Below, piece after piece: positions 42,897 to 43,949 of a DNA stretch of 43,949 bases (positions are counted from its first letter, which is position 1; each line of letters opens with the position of its first letter). This DNA is from Catajapyx aquilonaris (taxonomy: Eukaryota). Under the pieces are notes generated by a model. The model was not told the origin of the DNA. It saw nothing but the letters and a program-made list of their open reading frames with translations, and made no database searches. Made by a program: the position numbers and the translations under genes. The stretch lies in assembly GCA_000934665.2 (NCBI GenBank), contig JYFJ02003282.1, positions 1-43,949 of the forward strand, given 5' to 3'.

Positions 42897-43949
42897 CGGG
42901 TTAGTGCACCGCCCTAATTGGGCATCTGGCACGGTACCTTTATTTGCTTAAGATGTACAAGCTTTTACAAGTGGTCCTTTTCCGTAACGCCCGGGTACCG
43001 CGAGCGAAGGGGGAATGAATAGGAGGGGATGTGCAAAGTGCAAGTGCAATGTCGTTGCTTGGTCATTTTGTGAACAAACTCCCCCAGGTGGCTTAGTCTG
43101 TCGGAAATTGCCACCCGAAATGAAGCCAGAGATGGCCCAACTCTGCACGGATAAAGGTGGGAACCCCGGGTGGGGATTGAACCCGGGACCTTAATGTCCG
43201 TGGGCGCGCGCGTTACCGCGGCGCCATTTCATCTGCATGGGTGTAGTACCCGGATTCTTACTCCGATGGGATTTGATCGCCTTTTGCACATGGACAATGT
43301 GTTAGGGACCAAGGCAAGGGACTGGAGGCCCTCGAACTGACGTGATGTCACGAAACATTGAAGGCGCCATACGCATTAATTATGCAACGGCGACCAAAAC
43401 TAATTGCACATCCCTATATTAGTTTTACGAGTACTATCAGTCTACCTGGCGATTGTCCGCGAGTTTCCTTTCACCCTGTGTGTGTGTGTATACACACACA
43501 CCTAGAGAGAGCACTTGGGGTGGAATGTGAGGCAGGCAGCAAATTTTCCAAATTTTTACACTCATCTGGGCTAATTATGTCCTTTTCTCAGTAACCCATC
43601 ATATGCCAGTTTTCATACTCCAGTCAGTGCAAGCGAATTCACTAGCAGGAAAACCAATTCATTTAAGTGGTAGTACAGTATAGGTAATTTTAATATACCA
43701 AAGTGACCTTGCTTTAATATTTCGTTGATATTCAGAAAGGTTTCTGGTGTGCTCCCCGTCCCGAAAATTAGTTTTAGCTAGGTTGTTTGTGATCTGAAAA
43801 ATTGCTATGTCATAAGATGCCTATTGTGTCACTATAATAAATTGCTATTATTTTTACAGGACTATCATAGCATGTGGTCACTTGGTAATGGCATGCAGCC
43901 ATCCATTGTACGTGAAACTGATTGATTTCCTTCTGGAGCAACTGGCACG
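29687..43949 (+). CDS. CAND1: Cullin-associated NEDD8-dissociated protein 1, 3'-partial, first five exons
   Basis: Exons 29687-29728, 39364-39533, 40682-40895, 40958-41106, 43860-end join in frame to [31 protein letters not shown]...NLAVKCLGPLV...[13 protein letters not shown]...AVRKRTIIA, the conserved CAND1 N-terminus. Confidence 0.96.
30460..30944 (-). pseudogene. Degenerate Tc1-family transposase, C-terminal half
   Basis: Minus-strand frames give [14 protein letters not shown] (cf. FQQDNAPCH), [15 protein letters not shown] (cf. WPxxSPDLNPIEN) and [19 protein letters not shown] (cf. SMPxRCxAVIxAxGGxTKY), with stops and frameshifts. Confidence 0.85.
31099..33001. mobile_element. 1.9-kb non-autonomous DNA transposon with internal 15-bp repeats
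   Basis: TIRs GGCTAATTCCATGC / GCGTGGAATTAGCC; six TGTYGTGTAAGTCAC copies; possible transposase remnant near 31830-31978. Confidence 0.65.
33001..33617. mobile_element. MITE with ~58-bp TIRs and an internal inverted-repeat element (33160-33405)
   Basis: CAGAGATGACCTTT..ACAATTTGATCTGGCATATA / TATATGCCAGATCAAATTGT..AAAGGTCATCTCTG|TA; inner pair GCTAGGCGAGCGGACTGTTTTG / CAAAACAGTCCGCTCGCCTAGC. Confidence 0.75.
33652..34247. mobile_element. Degenerate fold-back element
   Basis: 33900-33959 pairs with 34011-34076 and 33742-33760 pairs with 34150-34169; outer limits approximate. Confidence 0.65.
34524..34672. mobile_element. Small hairpin MITE (PIF/Harbinger-like)
   Basis: TTAA flanks; GCATTTACATGTGAGCGAT / ATCGCTCGCATGTAAACGC; inner TTGTTTGAGG / CCTCAAACAA. 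Confidence 0.7.
34856..35265. mobile_element. hAT (Charlie/MER5-like) MITE
   Basis: Perfect 16-bp TIR CAGTGGTTCCCAAACT; perfect 8-bp TSD CTGTAGAG at 34848-34855 and 35266-35273. Confidence 0.92.
35363..35611. mobile_element. MITE with GAG termini (Sola-like)
   Basis: GAGGCACTCAGAGAAAGAACGGCATATCCCAAC / GTTGGGATATGCTGTTCTTCCTCTGAGCGCCTC; flanks TATT/AATT. Confidence 0.7.
35724..36269. mobile_element. Fold-back MITE
   Basis: GGGACGTACTAAAATGATTTACAATT / AATTGTAAATCATTTTAGTATGGCCC; arms pair for >150 bp. Confidence 0.8.
36356..36659 (-). mobile_element. SINE family C (tRNA-derived)
   Basis: B box GGTTCGAATCCC on the minus strand; (TTA)n tail; 14-bp TSD TTGACAGCATCAAT at 36342-36355 and 36660-36673. 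Confidence 0.88.
37915..38746. mobile_element. pogo/Tigger-like MITE interrupted by a SINE
   Basis: TA|CAGTAAAACTTCCCTAAGTCGAA and TTTGACTTATAGAAGTTTTACT; internal TAACTCGAA repeats. Confidence 0.55.
37983..38252 (-). mobile_element. SINE family C, second copy
   Basis: Head/body similar to 36480-36659; B box GGTTCGAATCCC; A-rich tail; degenerate TSD ATAATGGGAAAT / ATAAAAGGAAAT. Confidence 0.85.
38800..39127 (+). mobile_element. SINE family A, full-length
   Basis: tRNA-like head with B box GGTTCGATCCC; (AAAAAT)n tail; 12-bp TSD AGTTGAAACGGG at 38788-38799 and 39128-39139. Confidence 0.9.
39364..39533 (+). CDS. CAND1: CAND1 exon 2
   Basis: gac[24 protein letters not shown]...[13 protein letters not shown]. 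Confidence 0.96.
39694..39899. mobile_element. Degenerate MITE
   Basis: GTATCCGGGTCATTTTTAGTTAT pairs with ATAGCTAAAATGACCCAGGTAC. Confidence 0.5.
40682..40895 (+). CDS. CAND1: CAND1 exon 3
   Basis: tac[21 protein letters not shown]...[15 protein letters not shown]. Confidence 0.96.
40958..41106 (+). CDS. CAND1: CAND1 exon 4
   Basis: ttCAG(CAG) tandem acceptor, AG|GTGTGA donor; [22 protein letters not shown]. Confidence 0.95.
41286..41624. mobile_element. Tc1/mariner-type fold-back MITE carrying a (CTA)n microsatellite
   Basis: TA|CAGGGTGTTCCAAATT ... AATTTGGAACACCCTG|TA; inner pair GTAGCTTGTTGTGCCCC / GGGGCACAAGCTAC. Confidence 0.88.
41461..41575. repeat. (CTA)n/(CTG)n microsatellite
   Basis: Direct reading. 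Confidence 0.95.
41872..42463 (+). mobile_element. Probable non-autonomous Helitron with (GGA)n microsatellite
   Basis: Inserted between A and T; 5' TCTAATATATATAAA; (GGA)n 41897-41931; 3' hairpin CTCGCAATGCGAG 42435-42447, then CTTAG|T; no TSD; CpG-rich relative to flanks. Confidence 0.6.
42683..43478. mobile_element. Tc1/mariner-type MITE (~110-bp TIRs) interrupted by a SINE
   Basis: TA|CAGGGTGAAGGGAAACTCGTGGACAATCGCC / GGCGATTGTCCGCGAGTTTCCTTTCACCCTG. Confidence 0.85.
42862..43233 (-). mobile_element. SINE family A, full-length, alternative 3' tail
   Basis: 43020-43233 is the reverse complement of ~38803-39010; (TTA)n tail; 15-bp TSD TGCATGGGTRTAGTA at 42847-42861 and 43234-43248. Confidence 0.9.
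43860..43949 (+). CDS. CAND1: CAND1 exon 5 (partial)
   Basis: tttacAG acceptor, phase 2; [26 protein letters not shown]. Confidence 0.9.

Overview
Eukaryotic genomic DNA, most likely from an arthropod (inferred from protein style, 50-70 nt minimal introns, insect-type SINEs/MITEs and CpG-depleted gene bodies). It carries two intron-rich genes in tandem on the + strand. (1) A kinesin-3 KIF13/Khc-73 orthologue: 23 phase-consistent coding exons from 5063 to the stop at 25651 (motor, FHA, MAGUK-binding stalk, acidic tail, CAP-Gly); the first ~50 residues were not found and probably lie upstream of the window. (2) The 5' part of CAND1 (ATG 29687, five exons, running off the right end), preceded by a CpG-rich promoter. 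Introns are densely filled with tRNA-derived SINEs bearing target-site duplications (TSDs), Tc1/mariner-, pogo/Tigger-, hAT-, PIF- and Sola-like MITEs, a degenerate Tc1 transposase and a probable non-autonomous Helitron, often nested. I see no clearly new multi-gene system. The best leads are: cryptic frame-preserving KIF13 cassette/micro-exons (60, 15 and 69 nt), one with an alternative CAP-Gly-less terminus and one with an RNA stem covering its polypyrimidine tract; a GC-AG intron; a possible stop-codon readthrough extension; a V-SINE-like core; SINE families exchanging 3' tails; and inverted SINEs bracketing CAND1 exons 2-4 (circRNA candidate). All coordinates were read by eye and no database search was run.
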